Notes: a model not told the origin generated them from the sequence alone. 64,000 bases of DNA from an uncultured Chloroflexia bacterium (GCA_963701285.1 OY969584.1:434131-498130); one strand, 5' to 3'; counted from the first letter of the stretch, positions 34,651 through 45,663 are shown. Numbers and translations: made by a program.

Positions 34651-35292
34651 TCACGCCGCTTTGCGCGCTTCGATGACCTTGACCAGGCCGCCCACGTGGC
34701 TATCTACGGCCACGACTTCGAACCCCGCCTTGACCACGTTAGCCACAGTATCGCGGTTGATGTTGGCCCCTGACAAGCGGACGGCCAGCGGATTCAGCCG
34801 GTCCATGAGCCAGCCCAGGAAGCGGTTCTTCAGGCGGACGTGCTCCAGCAGGAGAAAGCGGCCGCCGGGCTTGAGCACGCGCCGCACCTCAGCCAGGCCG
34901 GCCAGCGGGTCGGGCACAGAGCAGAAGACGAAAGTGGTGGCAGCGAAATCGAAGGAACCGTCGGCAAAGGCGAGGTGCTGAGCATCCATGAGGCCCAGCT
35001 CTACCCGCTGGCCCCGCTTGCGCGCCTTCCGCACCGCTCGGCCCAGTAGCCTGGGGCTGATATCGATGGCGGTTACCTCGCCTCGCGACGGGTGGTAAGG
35101 CAGGTTGCGGCCGGTGCCGATGCCTACCTCCAGGACGCGCTTGCCGTCAACCCTCTCCCAGAGGCGGCGCCGGAGACGCCGCGCGACAAGCTCCATGGGA
35201 ACGTTGTTCAGGTCGTACCAGGGCGCCTGGCGGTCGTAGCGACGCTGGGCCACCCTGGTCGCCCGCCAGTCGGTGTCCCTGTTCTCAGCCAT
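34651..35292 (-). CDS. Class I SAM-dependent methyltransferase
   Basis: VLEVGIGTG, FVFCSVPDP, VLKPGG.LLEH. Confidence 0.88.
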   Translation of the reverse strand: MAENRDTDWRATRVAQRRYDRQAPWYDLNNVPMELVARRLRRRLWERVDGKRVLEVGIGTGRNLPYHPSRGEVTAIDISPRLLGRAVRKARKRGQRVELGLMDAQHLAFADGSFDFAATTFVFCSVPDPLAGLAEVRRVLKPGGRFLLLEHVRLKNRFLGWLMDRLNPLAVRLSGANINRDTVANVVKAGFEVVAVDSHVGGLVKVIEARKAA

Positions 35293-35316
35293 GGCGCGCG
35301 CTAGCTGTTCATTGGG

Positions 35317-35973
35317 TCATGCACCCTTCGTGGCCCGCACGACCCATAGAGGCTTGTACCTCGTCCTGCCGGACTCGACGTCCTCGAAGCCCGCCTCTCG
35401 CAGCATCGGGAGCGCTTCCCCAAGTTTGCCCTCCGACTTGTGCAGCCCGAGCAACTGGGCGACGTGTCCGAGCAAGCCGCTGGACCCTCCAAGGTCGACC
35501 GCCAGAAAGCGCCCGCCGGGTTTGAGGACGCGGCACACCTCGGCGAAACCGGCCCGCTTCACGTCGGGGGGAAGATGATGCAGCATCAAGCTGCTCAGTA
35601 CCAGGTCGAAGTGCCCGTCCGGAAATGGCAGCTTCTCGATGACCGCCCTCTGGAACTGTGCGTCGACGCGCGCCTTCGCTGCCTTCTTGCGAGCCACCTC
35701 GATCATCTCCGCCGAGGGGTCGATCCCCTGCACCCCGCCCGCCGGCCCCACTTCTCGCTTCGCCGCAATGGCCAGAGTGCCCGTACCGGAGCCCACGTCC
35801 AGCACCTGCTCGCCTTCCTTGATGCCGGCGAGCTCGAGGGTCATCCTGCGGATACCCGGCTCCCGGCCGAAGGTCATCAGCCAGGCGGCGAGATCGTAGA
35901 AACGGGCCCAGTGGATCACCACCCCCTTGGTCTCCACGGGCGCCCCAGCGGAAGGTTGCGACTCGTGGGGCAC
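35317..35973 (-). CDS. Class I SAM-dependent methyltransferase (UbiE-like)
   Basis: VLDVGSGTG, GIDPS, LPFPDGHFD, RVLKPGG. Confidence 0.88.
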   Translation of the reverse strand: MPHESQPSAGAPVETKGVVIHWARFYDLAAWLMTFGREPGIRRMTLELAGIKEGEQVLDVGSGTGTLAIAAKREVGPAGGVQGIDPSAEMIEVARKKAAKARVDAQFQRAVIEKLPFPDGHFDLVLSSLMLHHLPPDVKRAGFAEVCRVLKPGGRFLAVDLGGSSGLLGHVAQLLGLHKSEGKLGEALPMLREAGFEDVESGRTRYKPLWVVRATKGA

Positions 35974-35983
35974 GGTTCACCTC

Positions 35984-36217
35984 CTACATGTGATGTGCGG
36001 TGTGCTCTCGAGCCTGGACGCCCGTCAGGCGCCGTTTGACCCACGGCGTGACCGTGGGCATGAGAATGATCATGCTCAGCAGGAAGACCCAGCCGGCTCC
36101 GCCAAGACGCGCCACCCAGTTGTAGTCACCGCTGAGCGTGGTAACCGCCAGGAAGGACCCGGCGCCCAGCACGGCGATCCCCGTGTAGATGATAGCGCTG
36201 ATGATTCCCGGCTTCAT
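35984..36217 (-). CDS. Small 2-TM membrane protein with a His-containing tail
   Basis: [13 protein letters not shown]...REHTAHHM; ATGA overlap with the upstream gene. Confidence 0.7.
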   Translation of the reverse strand: MKPGIISAIIYTGIAVLGAGSFLAVTTLSGDYNWVARLGGAGWVFLLSMIILMPTVTPWVKRRLTGVQAREHTAHHM

Positions 36218-36573
36218 GCGTCTCCTTTCGAGCGCCGCGGGATGTGGATGTGGCTCGGCTCGTCGGGTGCGACAGCGAACCGCTCCAGGCGCCGCCGGTG
36301 GTCGGCTTCCACCCCGACCCGAAGAGAGGGAGCGGGGCTGCTCACGAAGCCCAACAGGACGACCAGCGTCACAGTGCCGAGCACCGATATCCCGGCGACC
36401 GCTGGAGCGACAATGGACACCAGCATATGGTCCTCGCTGATCAGGTTGCTCACCCCCACCAACCAGCCGAAAACGACGGCCAGAATCACCACCGGGACGT
36501 AGCGGCCAAAGAGGCCGATCCAAGACTGCGTTTGCACTGAAGCCTTCACCTCGCGTACCTCCCGTCTCCTCAC
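36214..36573 (-). CDS. Hypothetical membrane protein in the cop operon
   Basis: Two hydrophobic helices; overlaps the copA stop codon. Confidence 0.6.
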   Translation of the reverse strand: MRRREVREVKASVQTQSWIGLFGRYVPVVILAVVFGWLVGVSNLISEDHMLVSIVAPAVAGISVLGTVTLVVLLGFVSSPAPSLRVGVEADHRRRLERFAVAPDEPSHIHIPRRSKGDA

Positions 36574-39149
36574 ACCTGTTGCTTCACTGCCTCGCGGCGT
36601 GGCTGCGGCTCGGGCCGGTCGACGGCGGGCTGCCCGCCGCGCCGGATGGGCGGCCGGTAGCCGCGCATCGACATGGCGTTCAACGTCACCGAAAGCGAGC
36701 TCACGGCCATCAGGAAGGCCGCCAGCTCCGGACTCACGATCCGAGCGAAGAAGGGATAGAGGACGCCGGCGCCCAGGGGGATGGCCAGGGTGTTGTAGCC
36801 GAACGCCCAGCCCAGGTTCTGCTTGACCTTGCGCATGGTGAAGCGGGCCACCTGGATGGCCGCCACCACGTCCAGCGGGTCGTCCTTGACCAGGATGACG
36901 TGGCCCGTCTCTTTGGCCACGTCGGTGCCAGAGCCGATGGCGATGCCCACGTCGGCCTGGGCCAAGGCCGGCGCATCGTTGATGCCGTCGCCCACCATGG
37001 CCACCCGCCGGCCCTGCTCCTGGAGCTTGCGCACCTCCGCCGCCTTGTCCTGTGGCAGCACCTCCGCCAGCACCCGGTCGATGCCTACCTGACGGGCGAT
37101 GGCCTCCGCCGTGCGACGGTTGTCGCCGGTGATCATCGCCACCTCCAGGCCCAGGCGGTGCAACTCCTGCACCGCCCGCGCCGAGGTCGGCTTCAGCGTA
37201 TCGGCCACAGCGATGACGCCCAGCGCCTGCCCGTCGCCGGCCACGAACATGGCCGTCTTACCCTCAGCCTCCAGCCGCTCGGCTTCGGGCAGGAGGCCAT
37301 CCAGAGCGACCTCCCTCTGCTCCATGAGCTGGCGGTTGCCCAGGAGGATGGCGGCGCCGTTGTGGCGGGCCTCCACGCCCTGGCCGGGCATGGCCGCGAA
37401 CTCCTCCGCCTGCGGCACGTCCAGGCCCATCTCCTGCGCCGCCCGCACGATGGCCTCGCCCAGGGGGTGCTCCGAGCTGCGTTCGGCGATGGCCGCCAAC
37501 CGCAGCACTTCCTTCCGCCGTCCGTCAGGCGAGATGACGTCCGTCACGGAGGGTTCGCCCAGGGTGAGGGTGCCGGTCTTGTCGAAGACGATGGTCTGGA
37601 GGTTGGCGGTCGCCTCCATCGCGTCGGCACCCTTGAACAGGATGCCGTTCTGGGCACCCAGGCCGGAGCCAGCCATGATGGCGCTGGGCGTCGCCAGGCC
37701 CACGGCGCACGGGCAGGAGATGACCAGCACCGTCACCGAGAGCAGCAGCGAGAACCCGAACACCTCCAGCCCGCTCAGCTCCGCCGGCGATAGGATGAAG
37801 TGGCTGTTGGGGTCGAACCACCAGTTGAAGCCGCCGAAGAACCAGAACAGGAACACGCCCAGCGCCAGCAGGTGCACGCCCAGGATGAAGTGGCCGGCCA
37901 CCGTGTCGGCGACGCGCTGGATGGGGGCCTTGGTGGCCTGCGCGTCCTCCACCAGCTTGACGATCTGGGCCAGGGCCGTCTCCTTCCCCACCTTCGTGGT
38001 GCGGAACCGGAAGGCGCCGGTCTTGTTGATGGTGCCGCCGATGACTTCGTCGCCGGCCTTCTTTTCCACCGGCATGCTCTCGCCGGTGATCATCGATTCG
38101 TCCACTGCCGAGTAGCCGTCCAGCACCACGCCGTCCACCGGAATGCTCTCGCCGGGGCGCACCAGGCAGATGTCACCGGCCACCACCTCGTCGGCACCGA
38201 TCTCCACCTCTTGGCCATCCCGCAGTACCCGCGCCCGCTTGGGCTGCAGCTTCATCAGCTTGCGGATGGCCTCCGAGGTGCGGCCGCGGGTCACCGCCTC
38301 AAGGTAGCGGCCCAGGACGATGAAGAAGGTCAGCAGGGCCGCCGACTCGTAGAAGACGGCCTTGTCGCCGCCGAAACCGGCGTTCGGCCAGAAGGTGTTG
38401 ATGACGGCGATGAAGTACGCCGCGCCGATACCCGTGGCGTAGAGAAGGTTCATATCGGTGACGCCGCGGCGCAGCCCGTTGAAGCTGTTGACGAAGAACT
38501 GGCGGCCGGGGCCCACCACCACCGGCGTCGCCAGCCCCCATAGCACATACTTGTTGGCCAGAAAGGCGGGGACGACCTTGTCCAGGATCCAGTAGTCGCG
38601 GAAGGTGCCCAGCATCACCAACAGGCCCAGGGGCAGGGTGACCAGCAGGTTCACCAGCTGGCGGCGCACCTCCCGCTGGCGGGCCTGCCGCTCGCGGTCC
38701 AGGGCCGCCTCGCCCTCCGCCTTGTCCGACACCTCGTACCCCAGGTCGCGGATGGCCTTCCTGATCTGGGCGGGCGATACGATTCCGGCGGCGTACTCGA
38801 CGGCGACGGTATCGGCGCCCAGGTTCACTTCCACGCTGGCGACGCCGTCCAGGGCGCCCAGCGCCCGCTCGATGCTCTGCTGGCAGTGAGTGCCCATCAT
38901 GCCCAGCACGAGCAGCTCGATGCGGTCCCAGGGCACCTCGTAGCCAATGTCACCGATGGCGTCGGCCATGTCCGCCAGGCTGCAGGCGGCGGGGTCGTAC
39001 TCCACGCCCGCCTTCGCCGCCGCCAGGTTCACTTTCGCGTCGGCCACGCCGGGCAGCCCTTTCAGGACCTTTTCCACCTTGCTGACGCAGGCGGCGCAAC
39101 TCATGCCTGCCACCGGCAGGACTATTTCCCTGACCTTACCCTCCGCCAT
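36570..39149 (-). CDS. copA: Copper-translocating P1B-type ATPase
   Basis: GMSCAAC, TGES, CPC, DKTGT, SEHP, GDGIND and YN motifs. Confidence 0.95.
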   Translation of the reverse strand: MAEGKVREIVLPVAGMSCAACVSKVEKVLKGLPGVADAKVNLAAAKAGVEYDPAACSLADMADAIGDIGYEVPWDRIELLVLGMMGTHCQQSIERALGALDGVASVEVNLGADTVAVEYAAGIVSPAQIRKAIRDLGYEVSDKAEGEAALDRERQARQREVRRQLVNLLVTLPLGLLVMLGTFRDYWILDKVVPAFLANKYVLWGLATPVVVGPGRQFFVNSFNGLRRGVTDMNLLYATGIGAAYFIAVINTFWPNAGFGGDKAVFYESAALLTFFIVLGRYLEAVTRGRTSEAIRKLMKLQPKRARVLRDGQEVEIGADEVVAGDICLVRPGESIPVDGVVLDGYSAVDESMITGESMPVEKKAGDEVIGGTINKTGAFRFRTTKVGKETALAQIVKLVEDAQATKAPIQRVADTVAGHFILGVHLLALGVFLFWFFGGFNWWFDPNSHFILSPAELSGLEVFGFSLLLSVTVLVISCPCAVGLATPSAIMAGSGLGAQNGILFKGADAMEATANLQTIVFDKTGTLTLGEPSVTDVISPDGRRKEVLRLAAIAERSSEHPLGEAIVRAAQEMGLDVPQAEEFAAMPGQGVEARHNGAAILLGNRQLMEQREVALDGLLPEAERLEAEGKTAMFVAGDGQALGVIAVADTLKPTSARAVQELHRLGLEVAMITGDNRRTAEAIARQVGIDRVLAEVLPQDKAAEVRKLQEQGRRVAMVGDGINDAPALAQADVGIAIGSGTDVAKETGHVILVKDDPLDVVAAIQVARFTMRKVKQNLGWAFGYNTLAIPLGAGVLYPFFARIVSPELAAFLMAVSSLSVTLNAMSMRGYRPPIRRGGQPAVDRPEPQPRREAVKQQV

Positions 39150-39173
39150 TACCCAGTGCTTCCTTCTAGGGCC

Positions 39174-39461
39174 CTAATCCCCCTTGTTCTCCTCCGCCCG
39201 GGCGATGAGCTGGTCCAGACGCTCGCGCTCGGCCTTCAGCTCGGCCAGCAGGTCCGGCGACTCCGCCGCCGTGGGGCCGTGCTCGTGGCCCTCGTGGCCG
39301 TCGGCCCCGTGGCCGCCGTGGCACATCATCATGCTGTGCCCGCTATGGCTCTCCGAATGTCCGCGCATAAACAGCCACCCGAAGGCCATCATGCCCACCA
39401 TCATCAGGGGGCACGCCAGGACAAGAAGCGCTAGCGGCAGCCCCCAAGTCCAGTCCATCAT
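39174..39461 (-). CDS. DUF2933-like small His/Met-rich membrane protein
   Basis: LLVLACPLMM...MRGH followed by a His-rich stretch; located between csoR and copA. Confidence 0.75.
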   Translation of the reverse strand: MMDWTWGLPLALLVLACPLMMVGMMAFGWLFMRGHSESHSGHSMMMCHGGHGADGHEGHEHGPTAAESPDLLAELKAERERLDQLIARAEENKGD

Positions 39462-39482
39462 CTCGACCTCCTCCACCGCTCG

Positions 39483-39752
39483 CTAGGCGCGGCCGGCCAG
39501 GTTGTACAGCTCCATCAACTCGACGATCACCTCGTCCTCGCGCCCGTCGCGGATGCCGGTGGCCACGCAGGTGTGGAGGTGGCCCTCCAGGATCATCGCC
39601 TCCATCTTCTCGATGGCGCGCCGGACGGCGAAGGTCTGCTTGAGGATCTCCGGGCAGTACTTGTCCTCCTCGATCATCCGCCGGATCCCCGCCAGGTGCC
39701 CCTCGACGTAGCTGATGCGTTTCAGGACGTCTTGCCGTGTAGAGTCCTGCAC
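39483..39752 (-). CDS. csoR: CsoR family copper-sensing repressor
   Basis: KRISYVEGHL.GI.RMIEEDKYCPEIL...GHLHTCV; start chosen from the GGAGGTG RBS. Confidence 0.9.
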   Translation of the reverse strand: MQDSTRQDVLKRISYVEGHLAGIRRMIEEDKYCPEILKQTFAVRRAIEKMEAMILEGHLHTCVATGIRDGREDEVIVELMELYNLAGRA

Positions 39753-39802
39753 CCTACTCACCTCCGATTCCGGCTGTGCTGCTCTGCGCTGTCCATGCTC
39801 TG

Positions 39803-39864
39803 TACCCACACCCAGGGGGTAGGGGTCTAGACGAAGTGTAGCAGCAGGTGTAGGCTCTTGTCAA
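39803..39864 (-). promoter_or_regulatory. csoR promoter and candidate CsoR operator
   Basis: TTGACA-N18-TACACT followed by an imperfect C-tract/G-tract palindrome ACCCCTACCCCCTGGGTGTGGGT. Confidence 0.6.
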
Positions 39865-39896
39865 GATCGACCCTCAGACGTTGCCGGAGAACGCCC

Positions 39897-41355
39897 ATGA
39901 CCACTACCCAGCGGAGAACCCTCACAAGCGCCGAGAAGCAACAACTCAGGGCGAAATGGCCGCAGTGCTACATTTGCGAGGAGACGCTCGACGGCTACGG
40001 CGACCAGGAAATAGAGTACGACCACATCTACGACTTTGCTGGCGGCTACTCGCAGGACTTGTCGAATTTCGCCCCGGTTCACGCATCCACCGACCCGTCA
40101 AAAAAGAACTGCCACAAGGGGAAAGGCCGAAGAAGCCCCTACGACTACAAGGAGTATCTCAGGATTACCCGAAAGCTCGACAGCGTTTCGGGCCTCAAGG
40201 ACCTATGCCCTAGGGCCAAACAGTCATCGTTCGAGATTGACCCTGAACGCCGAACCATTGACCTCAACGGAACCACGCTGCCCCTGTACAGTCAGAGAAT
40301 AGGCAACACTGACCACTGGTACTTCTTCCAGGGGACCCTACGGAATTCCTTGAAAGTGATACGGAGATCCAGCTTCGCCCTCTTGATTCCAGGATTATTG
40401 GCCTGGTGTTCCACCTGAAGGCGTCATTGCAGCTGCTTCCTTCCCTTGGTCGCCTGGATACGGACACGAGAAAGATCAGGATATTCGATGGCCAGCATAA
40501 GGCCGTTGCCCAAATAGTGGGAAACAACAAGAAGGCGATACCCTGCCTAGTCTTTGTAGACCCGGACGTGAACCGGCTGCGCGTCACCGTGACCGAGGCC
40601 CACACGACATTCCTCCAGCAGCGTTACGCGCCAAGTCACATCGATGATAAACTCGCACAGATCTACAAGGAGCGTGTCAGGGAGTTCCAAGGCGACGACC
40701 CCAACCGGGCGTACTCGGAGCGAGACATCCTGAGACATGAGCCGAAAGCGCGAGTGAGACAATTCCTGCAGGGTAGCATCATTGATGGGCTCGAGGAGAA
40801 GACCGATTTCATCACCAAGTTTGTGTGGAGGGACAGGCGCGAGCAGCGGCAAAAGCCCATGTCCTACCAAAGCCTGCGGCTCTTCATCCAGACGTTCGCC
40901 AACTTGGAGGCCGTCGACAAGGTGTCTGGCGACCCCGAAAACTTCCGGGCACCCGAGCTGGAAAACCTGGCCTTCCTCCTCAGCTGCCTCTACAAGCACT
41001 CTCTGAACGGCAAGTGGCAGCCCAACAACCCCGAGGCCGAGGAGCACAAGCTCGCATCCAGCTGTTCTACTACGTTCACGCCTTCGCCAACTGGGTAAAA
41101 ACCCTTGATGAGGCTCTGAAACACGCTCTCGGGAACATGCAGAACAAGGCGGTGAGAGGAGCCCTTTGCTACAGGCGTCCGTTCAGCGATGATATCAAGA
41201 CCCGTTTCGACGCCGTCGCACAGCGGCTCTTCACTCATGGCCTTTGGGTCAACCCCGTGAACCGGCCTACGCTCCAATCCTCGTTCCCCGGTCCTATTTC
41301 AAACCTGCTGGACGAGCAAGGGCTCGACTACGTTTACCTCACCCGCCTCGACTAG
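39897..41355 (+). CDS. HNH endonuclease fused to a DGQH[R/K] (DndB/ParB-like) domain; two frameshifts near 40335 and 41058
   Basis: CYIC...EYDHI...N..PVH...NCH, then IFDGQHK; ORFs 39858, 40406 and 40825 join into one reading; codon usage is visibly less GC-rich than the flanks. Confidence 0.7.
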
Positions 41356-41554
41356 CCGCACATCATCAGACTCGCCGACCGGCTGCTAAGACCCCGGCCT
41401 GTTCTGCACGACTCACTGCAGCACTGTGACTTCTTCATGGCCGCGCCGTCCAGGTCCTGTGGTCAGGGTTTCGGATTTGCTCGGCCACTCCCCCCCGGTG
41501 GCGGGAGATCCGACCCGCAGCCCCCGTGCGTACAGTGGAGGTGACGTTGTAGCC

Positions 41555-42538
41555 ATGAACGATACAGCTATCGTTGTTGAGGGTCTCACCAAGCGCTACG
41601 GCGACGTGGTGGCCCTGGACGGAATCAGCTTCCGGGTACCAGCCGGCACCGTGTTGGGCCTGCTCGGCCCTAACGGGGCCGGTAAGACCACCGCCGTCCG
41701 GGTGCTGACCACGATCATCCGTCCCGACGGCGGCCGGGCCTGGGTCCTCGGCCACGACGTCGTCCGGGAAGCCGCCGCCGTCCGCTACCGGATCGGGCTC
41801 GCCGGCCAGTACGCCGCCGTCGACGGCAACCTCACCGGCCGCGAGAACCTGCGCCTGATCGGCCGCCTCACCCAGCTCCCGCGCCGGCGGATCGCAGGCC
41901 GCGCCGACATCCTCCTGGAGCGCTTCGGGCTCGCAGACGCTGCCGATCGGATCGTGCGGACCTACTCCGGCGGGATGCGCCGGCGCCTCGACCTGGCCGC
42001 CGCCCTCGTTCATCAGCCGCCTGTGCTCTTTCTCGACGAGCCGACCACCGGCCTCGACCCGCAGGGCCGGCTGGAGCTGTGGGACATCATCCGGGAGCTG
42101 GTCGCCGACGGCACCACCGTCTTGCTCACGACCCAGTACCTCGACGAGGCCGACCGCCTGGCGCATCACATCGTGGTCGTGGACCGAGGTCGAATCATCG
42201 CCGAAGGCAGCCCCGCCGAGCTCAAGGCGCGCGTCGGCAGCACGGTAATCGAGGTCGAGCTGGCAGACGAGGCGGAAGCCCAGCGGGCGGAGGCCCTGCT
42301 TGCGCCCTTCGGCGCCGGCTGCGGACGCGATCACGGCACGATCTGCCTGAAGATCGAAGATGGGCCCCGCGTCCTCATCGATGTGCTCCGCGCCCTCGAT
42401 GCTGGTCACGTGGTTCCCCTTTCGCTCGCGGTGAGGGAACCCAGCCTCGACGATGCCTTCCTTACGCTGACCGGCCGGCACGCCGAGTCTGTCCCTGCGC
42501 CCGAGCCGCAGACCGTCGGCGCCCGAGGTGCCGGATGA
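41555..42538 (+). CDS. ABC transporter ATP-binding protein (DrrA-like)
   Basis: GPNGAGKTT, YSGGMRRR, FLDEPTTGLD, TTQYL. Confidence 0.93.
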   Translation: MNDTAIVVEGLTKRYGDVVALDGISFRVPAGTVLGLLGPNGAGKTTAVRVLTTIIRPDGGRAWVLGHDVVREAAAVRYRIGLAGQYAAVDGNLTGRENLRLIGRLTQLPRRRIAGRADILLERFGLADAADRIVRTYSGGMRRRLDLAAALVHQPPVLFLDEPTTGLDPQGRLELWDIIRELVADGTTVLLTTQYLDEADRLAHHIVVVDRGRIIAEGSPAELKARVGSTVIEVELADEAEAQRAEALLAPFGAGCGRDHGTICLKIEDGPRVLIDVLRALDAGHVVPLSLAVREPSLDDAFLTLTGRHAESVPAPEPQTVGARGAG

Positions 42539-43350
42539 CTGTCAGCGTCATCGCGGCGCCCGCCCCCATCGAGCACCAGGGCCTGGGCCGCCTCGCGGCC
42601 GCAGCATCCGACATACTCGCCGTCACCGGGCGCAACCTCCTGGCGTACCGCCGCGTCCCCCAGTTGCTCGTGTTCTCGACGATCCAGCCCGTGGTCTTCG
42701 TTCTCCTCTTCCGCTACGTCTTCGGCGGCGCCATCAAAGTGACCGGTGTGAGGTACGTCGATTTCCTCATGCCTGGCATCTTCACCCAGACGGTCATCTT
42801 CGGCGCCATGGGCACCGCTGTCGGGCTGGCCACCGACCTCAACACAGGGTTCCTCGAACGGTTTCGGTCGCTGCCGATGGCCCGGTCGGCGGTTCTCGCC
42901 GGTCGCACCACCGCGGACCTAACCCGTAACGTCTTCGTCATCGCGCTCATGGCGGCGGTCGGCTTCGCTGTCGGCTTTCGCGTGCACACGGGCGCCCTGC
43001 AGTTCGTGGCCGGCCTCGGCTTGGTGCTGCTCTTCGGCTACGTGTTCTCGTGGGTCTTCGCAACCGTCGGCCTCGTCGTCCGCGATCCTGAGGCGGCGCA
43101 GGCGGCGGCCTTCCCCGTAATCGCTCCTCTGGTGTTCGCCTCTTCGGCCTTCGTGCCGGTCAGCAGCATGCCCAGTTGGCTACAGGTGTTTGCCGAGCAT
43201 CAGCCGGTCTCTGTCACCACTTCGGCGGTGCGGGCCCTCGTGCTCGGCGGATCCGCAACGTCAGACATCATGCAAATGCTGGCGTGGAGCGCGGGCATCC
43301 TGCTGGTGTTCGTGCCGCTGGCTGTGTGGCGCTATCAACGGACGGCCTAA
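42535..43350 (+). CDS. ABC-2 transporter permease (DrrB-like)
   Basis: QPVVFVLLF.YVFGG, ERFRSLPM, SSAFVP, HQPVS; ATGA overlap with the ATPase gene. Confidence 0.92.
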   Translation: MTVSVIAAPAPIEHQGLGRLAAAASDILAVTGRNLLAYRRVPQLLVFSTIQPVVFVLLFRYVFGGAIKVTGVRYVDFLMPGIFTQTVIFGAMGTAVGLATDLNTGFLERFRSLPMARSAVLAGRTTADLTRNVFVIALMAAVGFAVGFRVHTGALQFVAGLGLVLLFGYVFSWVFATVGLVVRDPEAAQAAAFPVIAPLVFASSAFVPVSSMPSWLQVFAEHQPVSVTTSAVRALVLGGSATSDIMQMLAWSAGILLVFVPLAVWRYQRTA

Positions 43351-43508
43351 ACGCACAAGCCACGGTCGCGCTCTCTTGCGGAACGAATAGACGGATCAGA
43401 GCAAGTGGCATTCACTTGTCCGTTTCCCTAGCCCGGCGACAGATTAACCGCCTCGTCGCCTCCACTTTTCGAACCAGCACGCTATAATTGGCAGACGGGG
43501 GATTCACC

Positions 43509-45479
43509 ATGACTAGACCGTCCTACGACCCAGACTGGCGCGACCGCTACGCCCACAAGCTGCGCTCCGCCGACCAGGCCATCAGCGTCGTGCGCAGCGG
43601 CCAGCACATCTTCGTTGGCTCTGGCGCCGCCTCACCCCAGTTCCTGCTGGAGCGGCTCACGGCCCGCGCCGACTACCTGCACGCCGCCGAGATCATCCAC
43701 ATCATGACCCTGGGCCTCGCTCCCTACGCTTTGTCCCCGGTCAAAGAGTCGTTCCGCCATAACGCCTTCTTCGTCGGGCCCAACGTGCGCGAGGCCGTCA
43801 CCGTCGGCGAGGCCGACTATACCCCCATCTTCCTCTCGGAGGTAGGGCGCCTGTTCCGCAGCGGACGCGTCCCCATCGACGTGGCCCTCGTCCAGGTGAC
43901 CCCTCCCGACCAGCACGGCTTCTGCAGCTTCGGCGTCTCCGTCGACATCGTGAAGCCGGCGGTCGACTGCGCCCAACTGATCATCGCCGAGGTCAACCCC
44001 CTCATGCCGCGCACCCTGGGCAACAGCTTTATCGCCGCCGACGCCATCGACGCCATGGTGGAGCACGAGTCGCCCCTGCCGGAGGTCACCAACCCGCCGC
44101 CCGATGATCTCTCGCGGGCCATCGGCCACTGGGTCAGCACTCTGGTGGAGGACGGCGCCACCCTCCAGGTCGGCATCGGCTCCATCCCCGATGCCATTGT
44201 TGAGTGCCTCACCGATAAGCACGACCTCGGCCTCCACACCGAGATGCTGTCCGACGGCGCCCTGGCCCTCATCGAGTCCGGCGTCGTCACCAACGCCCGC
44301 AAGACCCTGAACCCGGGCAAGGTCATCGCCAGCTTCGTCATGGGCACCCAGCGCCTGTACGACTTCGTGGACGATAACCCGCTGGTGGAGCTGCACCCCA
44401 ATGACTACGTGAACGACCCCTTCGTCGTCGCCCAGCACGAGCGGATGGTCGCCATCAACGCCGCCATCGAGGTCGACCTCACGGGCCAGGTCTGCTCCGA
44501 TTCCCTGGGGCACCTGTTCTATAGCGGCATCGGCGGGCAGGTGGACTTCATCCGGGGCGCCTCCCGCTCCAAGCGCGGCCGGCCTATCATCGCCCTGCCG
44601 TCGACGGCCCAGGACGGGAAGGTCTCCCGCATCGTCTCCCACCTGAAGGAGGGCGCCGGCGTCGTCACCAGCCGCGGCGATGTGCACTACGTTGTCACCG
44701 AGTACGGTGTGGCCGACCTCTACGGCCGCAACGCCCGCCAGCGAGCGATGGCCCTCATCGGCATCGCCCACCCCGACTACCGCCACGACCTGCTGGCCTT
44801 CGCCAAGGAGCGTCGCTACGTCCTGGCCGACCAGGAGATCCCGCCGCTGGGCGGCGGCGTCTACCCGCTGGACCTGGAGACCACATTTGCCCCCGCCAGC
44901 GGCGAGACGGTCCTGGTGCGCCCCATCAAGCCCACGGATGACGACAACTGGCTCGAGTTCATCTACTCGCTCTCCGAGGACACCCTCTACCACCGCTTCT
45001 TCCGGCCGGTGAAACGCATGACCCGGCGCGATGCCCAGCACTTCGCCGTCGTCGACTACCGGGACCGCATGGCGCTGGTGGCGGTGCTGCGGCAGGAGGA
45101 GCGCGACCAGATCATCGCCGTGGGCCGCTACGAGCGCGACCCGCACAGCAACCTGGCCGAGTGCGCTTTTGCCGTCCAGGACCAGTGGCAGGGGCGTGGC
45201 CTGGGCAGCTTCCTTCTCCAGTACCTGATCCGCATTGCCATGATGAACGGCATCGAAGGCTTCACCGCCCTGGTCATGGCCGACAACAGCCGCATGCTCC
45301 GGCTCTTCCAGGCGACCGGCTACCTCATCCGCAGCACGTACGAGGAGCAGGCCTGGAACATCAGCTTCCGTTTCGACGAGAAGGCGGAGGCGCCGCCCGC
45401 CGCCGCGCCTTCCGCCCAGGGCTCGCAGCGTCCTGGACAAGGATCAGGAGGAGCAGCCGATGCAGATCAGCGCTCGTAA
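43509..45479 (+). CDS. Acetyl-CoA hydrolase/4-hydroxybutyrate CoA-transferase fused to a C-terminal GNAT domain
   Basis: LQVGIGSIP, HTEM, SGIGGQVDF, VVTEYG, then VRPIKP, HRFF, VDYRDRMALV, WQGRGLG. Confidence 0.9.
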   Translation: MTRPSYDPDWRDRYAHKLRSADQAISVVRSGQHIFVGSGAASPQFLLERLTARADYLHAAEIIHIMTLGLAPYALSPVKESFRHNAFFVGPNVREAVTVGEADYTPIFLSEVGRLFRSGRVPIDVALVQVTPPDQHGFCSFGVSVDIVKPAVDCAQLIIAEVNPLMPRTLGNSFIAADAIDAMVEHESPLPEVTNPPPDDLSRAIGHWVSTLVEDGATLQVGIGSIPDAIVECLTDKHDLGLHTEMLSDGALALIESGVVTNARKTLNPGKVIASFVMGTQRLYDFVDDNPLVELHPNDYVNDPFVVAQHERMVAINAAIEVDLTGQVCSDSLGHLFYSGIGGQVDFIRGASRSKRGRPIIALPSTAQDGKVSRIVSHLKEGAGVVTSRGDVHYVVTEYGVADLYGRNARQRAMALIGIAHPDYRHDLLAFAKERRYVLADQEIPPLGGGVYPLDLETTFAPASGETVLVRPIKPTDDDNWLEFIYSLSEDTLYHRFFRPVKRMTRRDAQHFAVVDYRDRMALVAVLRQEERDQIIAVGRYERDPHSNLAECAFAVQDQWQGRGLGSFLLQYLIRIAMMNGIEGFTALVMADNSRMLRLFQATGYLIRSTYEEQAWNISFRFDEKAEAPPAAAPSAQGSQRPGQGSGGAADADQRS

Positions 45480-45663
45480 CCAGCTTAAGGGCCGCGTGAA
45501 GGAAGTGGTGCTGGGCACCGTCATGGCCGAGGTTGTGGTCGACGTCGGCGGCCAGGACATAGCCGCCGCCATCACCCGCCGCTCGGCGGAGGCCATGGGC
45601 CTGAGGGCCGGCGACGCCGTGACCGTCCTCATCAAGGCCACGGCGGTAATGATCGGGAAGTAG
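45460..45663 (+). CDS. Mop/TOBE molybdate-binding protein
   Basis: ISARNQLKG...AITRRS...LIKAT. Confidence 0.93.
   Translation: MQISARNQLKGRVKEVVLGTVMAEVVVDVGGQDIAAAITRRSAEAMGLRAGDAVTVLIKATAVMIGK

Noticed and set aside
39865-41550. Insertion sequence or prophage boundary around the HNH gene
   Set aside because: No transposase, integrase, terminal inverted repeats or att-like direct repeats were visible.
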